Source of the DNA: Octopus vulgaris
Taxonomy: Eukaryota
DNA: 64,000 bases
Direction: 5' to 3'
NCBI GenBank assembly: GCA_951406725.2
Contig: OX597816.1
Coordinates: 124,124,001-124,188,000 of the forward strand
Made by a program: the position numbers and the translations under genes. This document shows, piece by piece, positions 1 to 13,294 of this stretch (position 1 is its first letter; each line of letters begins with the position of its first letter). The notes under the pieces are model-generated. The model ran no database searches. It was not told the origin of the DNA and worked only from the letters and a program-made list of their open reading frames with translations.

Positions 1-109
1 TTCCTCATTAGTTCTATAATCACCAAGTGGCCATCATTATTGATTAATTTTCTAGTTTCAATGATACAGTAATTATTAACTCCTTGGAGACAACACTCCA
101 TTGTTATTA

Positions 110-290
110 GAGCTACTAGACAAAATGTCTTGTGGCATTAACATACAGACCTTTACAATCTGAGTTCAAATACTACCAAGATCACCTTTGCCTTCCATCA
201 TTTTGGGGTTGAATAAATAAATTATCAGTCAAATATTTGTGTCAATGTAATTAGTAAACCATCTCTAATGTCCAATTGCAGACTTCTGAC
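110..290 (+). mobile_element. Degenerate tRNA-derived SINE (window family B)
   Basis: CTGAGTTCAAATACTACCAAGATCACCTTTGCCTTCCATCATTTTGGGGTTGAATAAA resembles the cleaner family B copies at 49431 and 61315. Confidence 0.55.
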
Positions 291-653
291 TTTCTTTCTT
301 CTCTTTATTTTAGTATTTTCATGGTAATTTCCTTTCCTGTAAGCAAAACAGAGGGAGATATATTCAACGTTTTTTATTTGTAACTTCAATGGATAGATGT
401 TACATTACCTTAGACACTACAAAGAACGTGACTAATTTAAATATAGATGAACTAACTGAAATTTTAACTCCATGCAAACTATATTTCACCTTCAAGGCCC
501 ATAAAACAAATTTTATATTGATCTATCAATTAGGACTAAATATTAATTAGACATTGTTAGCCAGGAAGATTTTAAATAAAGTGATCCATAAAGCCTCAGG
601 AATTTTCCTTCTGCCCTTGTGGAACAGCATTATTTCATCATAAAATGGTTTAA

Positions 654-857
654 CCATCAAGCATTTACATTATTCTCTCAAATGTAATGTTTATTTATTC
701 ACATTGTTTTAAATTAATTATAAAGTATCTTGTAGCTTCAAAATTTCAATCATGTGATTGCTTACTTTTTAGATTGACATTGTAGGATAGGTGTGAGAGG
801 CCAAATCTGGTTTGTTTGAACATAAAGCTGAATATGGCCAATTTAAATGCTAATGGA
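654..857. mobile_element. piggyBac-like MITE
   Basis: TTAA at 650-653 and 858-861 flanking imperfect TIRs CCATCAAGCATTTA / TAAATGCTAATGGA; non-coding, about 200 bp. Confidence 0.55.
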
Positions 858-1319
858 TTAATTCATACCAGTACTAATTCAACATTGTTGTTGACACCAT
901 TATTCCAAAAGTCATAAATTTTTAATGACAGTCATATTCTCATTAGTGAATCCAATATTAAAACTGTAATGCATTTAAGAAAATGTTTATCATCTTTTGA
1001 CAGCAGCCAGTACATAGGCTAAAATGACATTGCATTTTTGATGTCAGCATTGGTTCAAATGACACAGCCGAAATTTCTGAATGAATTTGTTATTACATTT
1101 TGTTCTAAATTAAAGCTAAATTTAATTTTTGTATGGAGTGGGCTATGTTGGGGTGATGACATTTCTAACTTAATATGAATAACCAAACACTGATTCATTC
1201 AAGAAAAACTTTGATATATTTGAAAATATCAACTTAAACAATATGTTTAACACTTATATTAAATAATTGCATTGAGATTATATACGTTCTAATTATTTAC
1301 TTATGGGAATCCTTATGAT

Positions 1320-1738
1320 ATTAGGTTCAATCTCACAGAATGACACCTTGCAGCAAGTGACTCCTATTATAGTCCTAGGCTGAACAAAGCCTTGTTAGTG
1401 GATTTAGTAAATAGAAACTTAATGAAGCATGTCATATGTGTGTGTGTGTGTGCGTGTACAAGTTCATGTGTATTTATGTATATATATGTGTATGTCTGTG
1501 AGAGTGTTTCGTGTTTCCTTGTCTTGACATCCCATGAGAGTTGCAAGCAAGTGCCACTGTCATACAAGCAGTGTCATTCATTTCTAGGCTTCTATGAAAA
1601 GTATCTGGAGAAGGGGACATATTACCTTACTTGAAAACTGATGAGGGTTGGAAACAGGAAGAGCATCTAGCAATAGAAAATCTGCCTTAATATACTCCAT
1701 CTGACCCATGCAAGGATAGAAAAGTAAATGTTAAAACA

Positions 1739-1771
<33 letters not shown>
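1320..1771 (+). mobile_element. SINE with family A head/core, internal (TG)n and RTE-type (GAT)n tail
   Basis: GGTTCAATCTC B-box-like, CACCTTG..CAAGTG..AAAGCCTTG..TGGATTT core shared with 38495 and 50052, ends GACCCATGCAAG...(GAT)n. Confidence 0.65.
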
Positions 1772-1773
<2 letters not shown>

Positions 1774-2139
1774 GATAAATCTGAACCATTAAACAACAAG
1801 ACTAAACTATCCAACCAAAACTGTTAGCCCCTATGAAGCTTTATAAAAGATTTTTTTTAAAGATCAAATAAAGCCTATTACAAATAATAATAGCAATCTT
1901 AGATGAAAAAACAGAAAACAATATACTATGGTTTAATACTTCTATATGATCTTGAAGTAAGCATTTGCATTGTGAGAAAACCCCTAAACCATTTATATAG
2001 ACATTTTACTTTCTCAGATCTTGGAAAAAAAAACCCAAGAATTTTTAACATAAAAAACATTAAAGACTGATATCCTTGGCAGCGATGGTTTTATCTTGTA
2101 TCTGAGAATTTAGTTTCTTCTTTGCTGAATACTTTTTTT

Positions 2140-2590
2140 ATGGTGATGTTGTTGATGACTCTGTAGAGCAATTTTTGCATGGAAGTGTCAATGGCATTGA
2201 CTGCATGGAAACGAGGTTGATTTTGTCAAGCCGTTCTCTCCTTTGATTTCTTCCTTTTCTCTTCTGGTGGCTTTGAAGTTCTTAGTTCTGATGGTGATGG
2301 AACACTGCCACTTGATTCAGTCTCAGGCTTGTGTTTCAAATAATTTAGGCTCAATTCCTGTGTCTTTCAGTATTGCTTTCAGTTGGTCCTTGTATCTTCA
2401 AAGAGGGCAACCCCATGGTCTTTTCCCTGAAGTGATCTCATTGAATAAGACTTGGTGTGGAAACTTTGACACTTCCATTCTTGCTACATGTCCTGACCAT
2501 CAAAGACATTGTTTCATTATCGACAATTCGTTACTCTGGTTGTTGGCTCTTTCCAGGCTTTTGTTGTTGGTCACATAATGTTCCCATTTG
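2140..2590 (-). mobile_element. RTE-clade LINE, decayed C-terminal ORF fragment
   Basis: Minus strand reads LQGKRPWGCPL*RYKDQLKAILKDTGIE, the GKRxxGxPxxRYKDxLK motif of RTE C-termini, with stops. Confidence 0.7.
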
Positions 2591-3337
2591 ATGACCACTA
2601 ACAAGTTTACCAAATCACTGTCTGAAATACAAATTATCAACTATTTCTAATCCCATTCAATTGCACAACTGTGTTAATCCTGATGCATGAAATTTAATGG
2701 TAAATGCTTAACAAGCTCTGTTGTTTACTGTGTAAAAGTGACATAATTCTATGAACCTACTGTTAAAGAATATATTGGTTTAATAGCAAATCATATGGTG
2801 CTGAAGTTAAATCAACAAACTCCAGCTAGACAAGCAGTCAGTTTTATCAAATTATATTCAAACAATAAAATAATCAACAAAATTTCAATATCAAATGTCA
2901 AATTTTCAAATATTCCAATTCTTATAACCAAATCTCTAACTTCAGTAATTCATGTATCTCTAAAATTTAAGCAATCATTTTCCAAAATGAAATTACACTC
3001 TATAGCAACTCTGGACTAATGTCATTTTGGAGACCTAAAACTTCATTTTCAGCTGAAAAATAGCAAGCTCCTTTCATTTATTTGATTATGTATTTATTGT
3101 TTAAAACCTTACTAAAATAAATTTATTTTAATAATTTCAATACATGACAAATATTGCTTACAAAGATTTTCTATAAAATTATTCAGAGCAATTTTGTTAT
3201 TTCTCTTTCTTCCTTTCCTTTCCTTATCTTATTTTGAAAAAGAACAGATTACATAATAGAGCCATCCTTTTCTATTTACATTTATTCTGTTATTTTCAGT
3301 ATTGTATTTTTTTTTTACTCATCTTTGAATAAACACT

Positions 3338-3530
3338 GGCGCTGATGCCACATAGAAAGCACCTGCTATGCTCTGTAAAGTGGTTGTGGTAAGTTACGAA
3401 GGGCACTCAACTGTAGAAACAATGCCAAAACATACAAGGTAACCTGGGGTTTCTGGCCTTGCTAGCTCCTGACAAACTGTCCAACCCATGCCAGCATGGA
3501 AAATGAATGCTAAATGATGATGATGATGAT
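3338..3530 (+). mobile_element. RTE-type 3' tail fragment
   Basis: CTGTAAAGTGGTTG...CTGTAGAAAC...TCCAACCCATGCCAGCATGGAAAA...(GAT)n, same tail as the RTE at 28843-30528. Confidence 0.7.
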
Positions 3531-3924
3531 ATATGTGTGAGTGTATGTGTATGAGTGTGTGTATATTATATCATCAACATCATCATTGTCTTACATCTGC
3601 TTTCCATAATACTGGCATGACTTAAATGGGTTATCACAGACTGAAACAGTTCCTGTGTAGAACTACTGTTGTTTTAGAATGGTTGAAGGGCCATAATTCA
3701 CTTATAGATTTTATTATTATCATTATCATTATTTTTTTTTGTTTTGTTTTATGGCTTAGTTTCTTCGGTTGTTGCATGCCTTTCCCGACACCAATCACTT
3801 TGTATCCATAAAATGGCAAGCCATGTATTCATCTCTTCAGTAAAACACCTGCTTCTCTCTCCCTGTCATAATTTCTAATTTCACTTGGCTATACTACACT
3901 CAGTTGAGGGATCTTATTCTGTGG

Positions 3925-4135
3925 GTACTTGGTGACATCACTGGTGCTGGTGCCATGTGAAAAGCACCCAGCACATTCTGTTAAGTGGTTGGCATTAGAA
4001 AAGGCATCCAGCAGTAGAAACTATGCCAAAGCAGATGAAGAACATGGTGAAGTCCACTGGTTCATCTGTTCTTATCAAACCATTCCCAGCCCATTCCCCC
4101 ATGGAAAAAGGGATATTAAATGATAACAATGATGA
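3925..4135 (+). mobile_element. RTE-type 3' tail fragment
   Basis: GGTGCCATGTGAAAAGCACCCAG...GTGGTTGGCATTAGAAAAGGCATCCAGC...TGATGAT. Confidence 0.65.
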
Positions 4136-4145
4136 TACACACACA

Positions 4146-4295
4146 CAGGAAATTTACAGAAAAACAAAAGACAAAGACAGGTGTATGAACAACAAGCAGG
4201 TGTATTAGTTTGATGCTCTGGAAAGTGAAAAAGTCGTTTATGTTTTGAGCATACGCTCTTCAACAGAAAGGAATAAGAGAAAATAAACAGAGGGA
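4146..4295 (-). mobile_element. Penelope-like element 3' end (solo pLTR-like fragment) with hammerhead-like relic
   Basis: About 140 bp homologous to 62225-62360, which lies downstream of a GIY-YIG ORF; minus strand CTTT-CTGTTGA-A-GAGCGTATGCTC-AAAAC-ATA. Confidence 0.65.
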
Positions 4296-4699
4296 GAAGA
4301 AAAGCTCATGGATTTAGTCAAAAGGCATAAGGAGAAGAAAAAAAGAAGAAAAGGAAAAGAAAGAAGATGAAAAAGAAAAGAACAGGAGAGATAGATAGAT
4401 AGATAGATAGAATGAGACAGTCCATGTCTTCCTTGGATGCATCCATGTTGTTGTGAGATCACCTTTGTGCATAAAATAAGTGCTTGCAATGTAAAGTCTA
4501 TGTTCATCGCAAAGCTCCAGCAGCATGCATGCATACATACATACATACATACATACATACATACATACATACATACATACATACATACATTCATTCATTG
4601 CTGGACCAGATTATGAAGTTTCAGAAAAGGTTATAGCTCACCTAATTGGTAAGACTAAGATGAGATGCAGTTAGGTCTTGTTCTATTACTGATGCTAGC

Positions 4700-7262
4700 C
4701 TCCTAGTAAGAAAACTATGGGAGAAGCATTTAGCTAGAAATAAACTGCAGTACTTGGCCTTTGTTGATATGGAGAAGGCTTTGACAGGGTCCCTTTCTTC
4801 TTCATCCAGTGGTTGCTGTGGAAGCTTGGGGTAGGAGAATGGCTGGAGAGGGATTCACAGCCATGCACAAGGATGTTTTCAATAAGGTGTAAGTCAACGG
4901 TGAGTATTGCAACGAATTTAGTATGCTGATAGGATTTCACCAAAACTAAATTTTCAGCCATTTCTTGCTTAGCATAGTCCTTTAGGACATAACTGAGGAA
5001 TTTAAAACTGGTTACCCATGAAAGCTGATGACCTTATAGTTAAATCTGTAGTAGAATTAGAGAAGAAATTTCTAGTGTGAAAGCAAGTCCTGAAATCAAA
5101 GGGTGTTAGAGTTATTTTAGCAAAGATCCAAATCTTTGTTAGCAGGAAAGCAGACAAATTACTAATCCCTTCAGAGAAATGGCCCTGCTTGATATGTAGA
5201 AAAGGTGTTGGTAGAAATTTTATTTGGTATATCCAATGCAAGCTATGAACACATAAGTGGTGTACTAAAACCACAGGAAGGCTAACAGAGAAAGTAGTGT
5301 TTGAGTGTGGCAGATGTGCAGGAATAATAAATACTAAGAACACACAGGAAATAGATTTCCTCCAGTGCCTGGGGTGTTCCTTTGAAATGAAGATAGTTTT
5401 AGTTACATAGGTGACAACCAAATAAGCAGTGAAGTAAGTTGTTCTGAAAGCATAGTAAAAACTGCTAGTCAAAGTTCAGAGAGCTGTCACCTTTATTGGT
5501 TACAAAAGAACTCTTTCTCTTTCAGAGTGAAAGGCAGATTGTGCAATGCTATGCTACATGCTAGTGACACATGGGATGTTACTGTAGAAGACTTGAGTAT
5601 GCTTGAAAGAAATGGTGCCAACATGCTCCTCTGGATGTGCAATTTCAGTGTGCATGACTGACAAAGTGTAAATGTTTTGAGAGAAAAATTGGGTATAAGA
5701 AGCATCAGATTCAGTGTGTAAAAGAGAAGACTGCACTGGTATGGTCATGTGATGCATGAGGATGAGGACAGCTGTATAAAGAAGTATCAATCTTTAAATG
5801 TAGAGGGAATCAGTGGAAGATGAAGACCCAGGAAAATATAGGATGAGGTGGTGTGAAACGATCATCAGATGTTAAGCATCATAGAAGAGATGACAAAGGA
5901 TTGAGATGCTTGGTGTTTTAGTGTACTTTAGAAGACCTGTCCAGTTAACTAAAATAGAGGCAATAAGAGCATATTGTTTATGTCAATGTCCCTGCATACG
6001 ATCTGTCCCTGACAAACCTTACTTACTTATTTGTACTTGTGACGTGTTCACTCAGGGCAGGTTGAACCGGCTTCTTCTCTGGTCCTGACAGCATCATGAA
6101 CCATGGTGGCCCACGCTCAATGGTATCTTTCATAAGTAGGTAGATAGTTCATATTCGTATTTATTGCCATGGTAGTAGTAGGATTCATAGAAGAAGTTTC
6201 ATGGGAATTTTGAATTCACAAGCGGTCCTTGACATCCTGCATACATATCCCGAGTGACGGGCACTCTATTTGCCACAGAGTCTCCACAGATGCAGGGACA
6301 GAACGACCTCGAAGCCACCGGTTGCCAATCAGACACCTCTTGGAATTTTCACCAGAGCCTCGTTGGCCAGGCTGTGGCCCTAATACTGCTCAGTGCCAGA
6401 CCAATCCACCTTGGGTGGCCCTACCAGGAACTGAAGTTCCTGACAGCATAGCTCTGACACTGCCCGTTTACACCACCCTACCATTTTGAGGAGGGGTTGG
6501 ACTTTAGGGTAGCCCTGACAAACCTCTTCTCCCAAAACCCATCTTCCAAACACCCTTTCCATCCACCCACTGAGTTCACTATCTCACTGTATTCCCCTCA
6601 CCTCTGTCTCACAGTCTCCCTTCCCACTCTTGTAAACCAACATGCACACAATGTGTCCCTGTTGAATCTCTTCCCTGCAACCTTTTCTCCTAACACATCT
6701 TCCTGTTTGTACCCTCTCACTGCATTCCCTCCCCCCCATCTCCCACTTCCCTTTCACAATCTCATGAAATTACCCACCCACTCATCCTATCCAATCCTTG
6801 GTTCTACTTTACTTATATACACCTACCTGTAACTTGACTGTACCCTGCCCCTTGTCACATTTCTTCCATCTTCTCTCTCTCTCTCTCCTCTTCTCTACTG
6901 AGGTAGCCATGAATCTCCTTTTATGCAAGATACCTATTTCTGTCTCTCTATTGTTAATTTAACCTCTCATCATTTGACACAAAGACACTGCTCTCAAAAC
7001 TTCACCCCACCCATTTAAGAAGTCTTATCTCATATGTTATCTGGTGACCTTACGAGTGCTGGTGCCATGTAAAATGCAACCAGTACACTCTGTAAAGTGG
7101 TTGGCATTAGGAGGGGCATCAAGCCATAGAAACCATGCCAAAGCAGACAATGGCGCTTAGTGTAGTCTTCTGACTTGCCAGCTCCTGTGAAACTGTTCAG
7201 TTTATGCCAACATAGAAAAATAAATGTTAAATGATGAACATGATGATGATGATGATGATGAT
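4700..7262 (+). mobile_element. 5'-truncated, decayed RTE LINE (RT, PHD-like finger, thumb, 3' UTR, (GAT)n tail), interrupted at 6020-6512
   Basis: AFVDMEKAFDRVP near 4760-4795, ADDL near 5025, CLICRKGVGRN, LHWYGHVM, RPRKI*DEVV; many frameshifts and stops; tail at 7050-7262. Confidence 0.85.
6020..6512 (-). mobile_element. Complete 493-bp non-autonomous retroposon with RTE-like 5' motif and (TAAG)n tail
   Basis: Perfect 13-bp TSD CCCTGACAAACCT (6007-6019 and 6513-6525); tail TTACTTACTTA on the plus strand; GAGCTATGCTGTCAGGAAC-TTCA-GTTCCTGGTAGGGCCACCC motif. Confidence 0.75.
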
Positions 7263-9629
7263 ATATTTGATTAATTTATTTTTTAAATCCCATACTTTTC
7301 CTTCTTTACTCTCTACTTTTCTCGATTATTTGTTATTTTCCTTTGGTATTTTTCTATACACTGTATTTTTTAATACAGTCATTTTTATTGAATAATAACA
7401 AGCAATCAAATTACATATTTATTTACAAATATTTTGCAACTTTTCATAGGCACCTAAATCACGTATTTATGAATGCTCTTTGCAAACCTCATTATTACCC
7501 GGTGAACTAAAAGGTGAAGCAGGCATTTCTTTTAAGAAGTTTCAGCTTCTTTTAGCTATTGCTATGCACATAATTGCATGTGTGTGTGTGTGTGTGTGTG
7601 TGCACAGGTCTATATGTATGTGTGTGTGAGTATAGTTTAAATGTATGTTTAACTAATTACAAGTCCAGCTCTTTAACCTTACCACAATATTTTTTTTTAT
7701 CATTTATTTATTTTTAAAAAATTTTACACAGTTTAAATAATACTCAGTCTCCATGCTTTTATAGAGAAATTAGTTATGCAAATCGTTTGGCATTTTCCTT
7801 TTTAATGAGGAATTGATGTCAACGTATTAGGTTATCTCATTAATCATTAAAAGGGCTGTATTTCCTCAATTCAGTAAAGCCTAAATATTCAAAATTGATT
7901 ATATAGTCGATAATGTTGGATTCTAAAACCAATTTGAGTTGAGTGAAACAGTTTATGAAACAACTTTAAGTTTTAAAGATAAATGCATTTCAGATCAGTT
8001 TTTCCATTTATTTTCTCAATTATTTATTCTGATTCATTACAATTTTTTTATTTTGTTTTACAGGAAATTAAATAAATCTGTATTCTATAGGTTACCTGCT
8101 TTATTTCAACTATTCTCACACATTTATAAGTAGTGTGTTGAAGCAGAGTATAATGCTTAATTGCATATTATAACAGATATTTTTTGTTAAATGACTTCTT
8201 TGTATTTTATTGTTAACATTATCAATTAGCAATATCAAATATTTGGTTTATGAGAACTGAAATTCTAATGTATGTTTTATTTTTAAGAGAGATTTGTATT
8301 TCTGTTAGTAGAAATGTAGCTGCTTATTACAAAGTATAATAATTTTGCTTCCTAATAAATACTAAAGTATGGTGTGGAATGTAATTTACAGAGAATATAA
8401 TGCTAGTTAAATGCATTTGGACTATAATTATTGTCATAGACCTGTTCGTTGTTATAGCTTTCCTATGGCTCAGATGACAAAAGTTAATTAAGATATAAAT
8501 GTAAATAATAACATTTTTCTCTAAAGCACTCAGTGAAAGCCAGTATTAAACCAAATCTTAGATTTATGTCTAGTCACCTGATTTTTTTCTTTATTATACA
8601 GTGGGGTTTTTTTTTGTCTGAAAGCTTTAAAAACAATTCATTATAAAGTATGGTTTTCCATATTTTCTTTATGGTGATGTTAATTTTTTAAAAATATACT
8701 TTTAAAAACAAAAATTCAAAGCTAAACATCTTGAATATAAATGGAAGAAAATTGAAATAAATGTCTGTAGAAGCAAAATAGTTGGTTCAATGAGATAATG
8801 GGCTGTCAATTTATGGTCATGAGTTCATATTTATGGCCAGCATTTTGTAGTATCTGGTCAAAATACTGAAAACTATATAGCTCTGTTCCCATGGCTATCA
8901 TGAATATGCACTATAATTTTCTGGGAAAATCACTAGTAATAGAATAAACTCCTGTCCAACAGAAGATTTATCTTTCATCTGGATAATTTTATGCAAATCA
9001 ATATTAAGCACTGAATCTGTGGTCTAGGAGAGTTATCTTCAATGATTTCGCTGAAGCATTTTATTTTATGATTAAGGTGATCATCCTGTCTGGCTCAAAA
9101 TGCTTTAATCCATGGACGAAGCTAAAAGTTATGACATAATGGTAATACAATTTGTAATTTGATGAGGAATATTGTCTCACAGTGTTTCTAGAACAAAAAA
9201 TAAAGAAGTTTTTTTTACCTCAATCCCTGTATCCAAAAATGTTCCACTACTTAGGTACTAATGCAATAACAATTAGTCTACAATCAAACTACAGCAGTCC
9301 ACCCTCAGTTGGAACTAATTCAAGTAGGTCACATCATACTTGAGGTGTTTGGCAACATTGCAAAAATCAGCTTCTTTCTTAGTAGGCTCTTTCATTGACT
9401 ATTATAAAATCTGGACATGATGCTAAAGACTAAGTAGTATGTCTATAATAGAATAAACTACAACGTTCAGCATTATTTCCAGGGACAGAAACACAGACAC
9501 AGTATTTACATAAGAGAGTTTAGACAGCTTTTATATATACTAACACAATCATGTTTGTGCTATTCGTCTAGTTTTAATTAAGAATATATATTTGTGAGCG
9601 CAAGAACGTAAATATGTATAAACATATAA

Positions 9630-10070
9630 GGGAGCAAGCATGACTCTGTGGTTAAGAAGCTAGCTTCCCAACCATATGGTCATGGGTTCAGTCCCATTGT
9701 GTAGACCTTGGGCAAGTGTCTTCTACAATAGCCCTGGACTGCTCAAAGTGTAAATGAATTTGGTAGACAGGAACTAAAAGAAGCACATCATGCATACATG
9801 TGTGTGTGTATGTATGTATGTATGTATGTATGTATGTATGTATGTATGTATGTATGTATGTATGTATGTATGTACGTATATTTGTGTATGTACGTATGTA
9901 TGTATATTTGTCCAGACACCACTTGATGGTTGTGGCTGAGCATCATCATCATACAAGTGAAGTTGTTTGTTTCCAGTCTTCTGTGTAAAACATGTCAAGG
10001 CATGGGAAAACTGAACCATGCTTGTAAACAGTTGAGAATTGATGACAGGAAGGGCATCCAACTGAAATTA
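9630..10070 (+). mobile_element. tRNA-derived SINE (family A head) with internal (TATG)n
   Basis: TGTGGTTAAGAAGCTAGCTTCCCAACCATATGGTCATGGGTTCAGTCCC A/B-box region, CCTTGGGCAAGTGTCTT core. Confidence 0.75.
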
Positions 10071-11359
10071 GTACCAGCCCCACTTCTCTCTCCCAAGAGG
10101 TTCAAATTAGTGCTTTCATGCCTCCTTCTTTAAAGCATTAATAAGAATAAACATACCAGTCTCCTCAAAGACATTTGGAAGACCTCATGCCTTTGGTCAC
10201 AAAACATCACAAAACATGTGCAAGCTTCTATCTGTCTACCTCTTCCTTAGCTATGAGTAGCTTCTCATCTAACTTCTCTTCTTGCTATTTGATAATGGCA
10301 TGTATGAATGATGAAGCCACCTTTAAAACAGAGAGTTACTTACTTGAAAATAAATGTGTTAACATGTGACATTATTGACCAAGATTACCGTGGTCTTTTC
10401 TGTAGGCTTTTCTTTCCATGGATAAACCTTATCTGTTTCCCCCTTTACACTTTACATCATGACATTTCTGTGATACAAGATCCTTAATGATCGTTTTTTT
10501 CCCTTTCCTTTTTATGATCCCTTTTGATCAAAAACCTACCCCATTTTTTTTTTTACATTTTTTTCCTCCCCAAAAAGAAAAGCTCTACTTTGTAATTTGT
10601 CCAGTCTATGTTCAGCCCTGTGTGGCTTACAAAGAAATACATTTGATATCTTTTCTTGCTGCCCACCACTCTAAGCCTGTCTTTTATCTGTTACAATATT
10701 ACTCCACTACCATGTCACATTGTACTAGCCATACATCCAGACCATAGACCTCAGAAGGCTGTCCTGTAAAAAATACCAGTTTTACTCTATGTTATAAGTC
10801 TCTCTCTCTCTCCATTTCCTTCTATCATAAGCACCTCTTTAAATCAATGACCACTGGAGATCAGTTCTCTAAGTAATCTTTCCTTTCTGAATCAGACTAA
10901 CTCTTATCTTGAAGTCCTTAATTACTAATTTATATTGGGCTGTACATTTTTTATTGTGGGAAAGACATAGCATTTACAATCACACACCTATCAGGATTTC
11001 AGATGAGAATGAAGATTGGCTGGTTGTTTTGAATATCATCCTGCAGATGGTGAAAATATTTGCATCACAGAACTTGAGGAGTCTAGATCCAGTCTCTTTC
11101 CTTGTACCATACTCATAACTATCGTTTATAGAATAATAATGAGCTGATTGCATTCATTGCTCTGGTGAACTACATCATTATGTTGATGATGTTGAAATTA
11201 ATAGTGTGTGAGTGATTAGTAAGAGGAAAATTTTGATCAAAGATAATGGTGATGATGGTGATGACAACTTAGTACTGTTGCGTAACTTACATGAAAATTA
11301 CACACCTATGTGTGGCTGTGTATAAGACTCTCCTTTCCACACATCTCTTTCCCTCTCTC

Positions 11360-11572
11360 TCAATGTGTGTGTGATTGTGTGTTTGCATGTGTGTGTATGT
11401 GTATATATATATATATGTATATATATATATGTTTATGTATGTGTATGTTTATACATAATATATTTGTGCGTATGTATGTAGATATATAGGTGTATGTATA
11501 TATATGTGTGTGTGTGTATGTATATGTAAATATATATATGTATGTGCATATGTTCATATATATATATGTATG

Positions 11573-11634
<62 letters not shown>

Positions 11635-11927
11635 CACATACACAAACATACACATAAACACAGATAAACATATGTGTGTGAGGGTGTGTAATATGCGCAC
11701 ATACTACTCACTCATTATGTCAGAAATGTGAGCCAGACATCTATTCTAACAAATGTATTATTCTATAAGGACCCATTCATTGCAACAGAGCAGAATAAGT
11801 AACAAGATGTTGAAATACATCAAAATTATGTGAACAATTATGCAAAAAAATAGTCTACGTATCAAGTCTGTATGCATATATAAGTATGCACATATGTGTA
11901 TATGTGTGCATGCGTGTGTGTGTATTG

Positions 11928-11961
<34 letters not shown>

Positions 11962-12049
11962 ATTTATATATGTGAATATATATTATATATATATATGTAT
12001 ATATATATATATGTATTTATATGTATATATGTATATGTATATGTATGTC

Positions 12050-12122
<73 letters not shown>

Positions 12123-12160
12123 GCACACACTCACATATATATACATCTATGTGTGTACAA
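11360..12160. repeat. Compound (TG)n/(TA)n/(CTAT)n microsatellite field
   Basis: Direct inspection. Confidence 0.9.
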
Positions 12161-12454
12161 CTGTACCTCTGGAAATATGTATAATAACTAAGCTTAGACT
12201 AGTCATAGGTAAAACTAACAGTGCCAGTTATGTTTCTCATCCATTTCTCAGCAAACAGTTTACTGATTTTCCTCACTTAGTAGAGATGGTAACCTTGAAA
12301 TTGAAATAAATCACAGGATTGCGAAAGCTAGAGCTGCTTTCAGGAAGCTCAAGACATGTGTCTGGTCAGAACTGAAGTATCATGAGAGACATGAAGCTTG
12401 TGTTCTAAAAGCCCTGCTATGTGGATACAAAATGTGGACAACTCAACTGGTGCT

Positions 12455-12770
12455 CCATCGCTTATGATAATGAAGGTTCACATTGATTTTATTAATGGAA
12501 CAGCCTGCTCATAAAATTAACGTGCAAGTGGTTGAGCACTCCACTGACACATGTACCCTTAACATAGTTCTAAGGGAGATTCAGCATGTCACAGAATGAG
12601 ACAAGGCTGGCTCTTTCAAAGACAGGTACTACTCATTTTTGCCAGCTGAATGGACTGGAGCAATATGAAATAAAGTCTCTTGCTGAAGGACATAACACAT
12701 TGCCTGGAATTGAACTCATGACCTTACAATTATAAACTAAATATCCTAACCACTAAGCCATATGCCTTCA
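12455..12770 (-). mobile_element. tRNA-derived SINE
   Basis: Minus: GGCATATGGCTTAGTGGTTAGG (A box), GAGTTCAATTCC (B box), TGCTCCAGTCCATTCAGCTGGCAAAAATGAGTAG core shared with 48666. Confidence 0.8.
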
Positions 12771-13294
12771 CATACATACTTGCATACACACATAGATGCA
12801 TGCATGCATGCATACATACATGCATACATACATAAAAACATACATGCATACATACATCATACATACAAGCATGCATACATACATACATCATACATACAAG
12901 CATGCATGCATACATACATACATCATACATACAAGCATGCATGCATACATACATACATACATTATACATACAAGCATGCATGCATACATACATACATACA
13001 TCATACATACAAGCATGCATACATACATACATACATCATACATACAAGCATGCATGCATACATACATACATCATACATACAAGCATGCATGCATACATAC
13101 AAGCATGCATACATACATACACACATACATACATACATACATACATACATACAAGTATGCATGCATACATACATACATACATACATACACACATGCATGC
13201 ATACATACAAGCATGCATGCATACATACATACATACATACATACATACATACATACATACATACATACATACATACATACATACATACATACAT
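12770..13294. repeat. (CATA)n/(CATG)n compound repeat with higher-order unit
   Basis: Repeated CATACATACAAGCATGCATG blocks, then pure (CATA)n. Confidence 0.9.

Noticed and set aside
1638-1655. CTGATGA-GGGTTG-GAAAC hammerhead-like boxes
   Set aside because: No stem I, no stem II and no NUH triplet; it is a mutated SINE/RTE tail segment
2611-2621. Minus-strand 11-nt microexon (TTTCAG|ACAGTGATTTG|GTAAAC)
   Set aside because: Frame-shifting length and no supporting neighbours; expected by chance in AT-rich DNA
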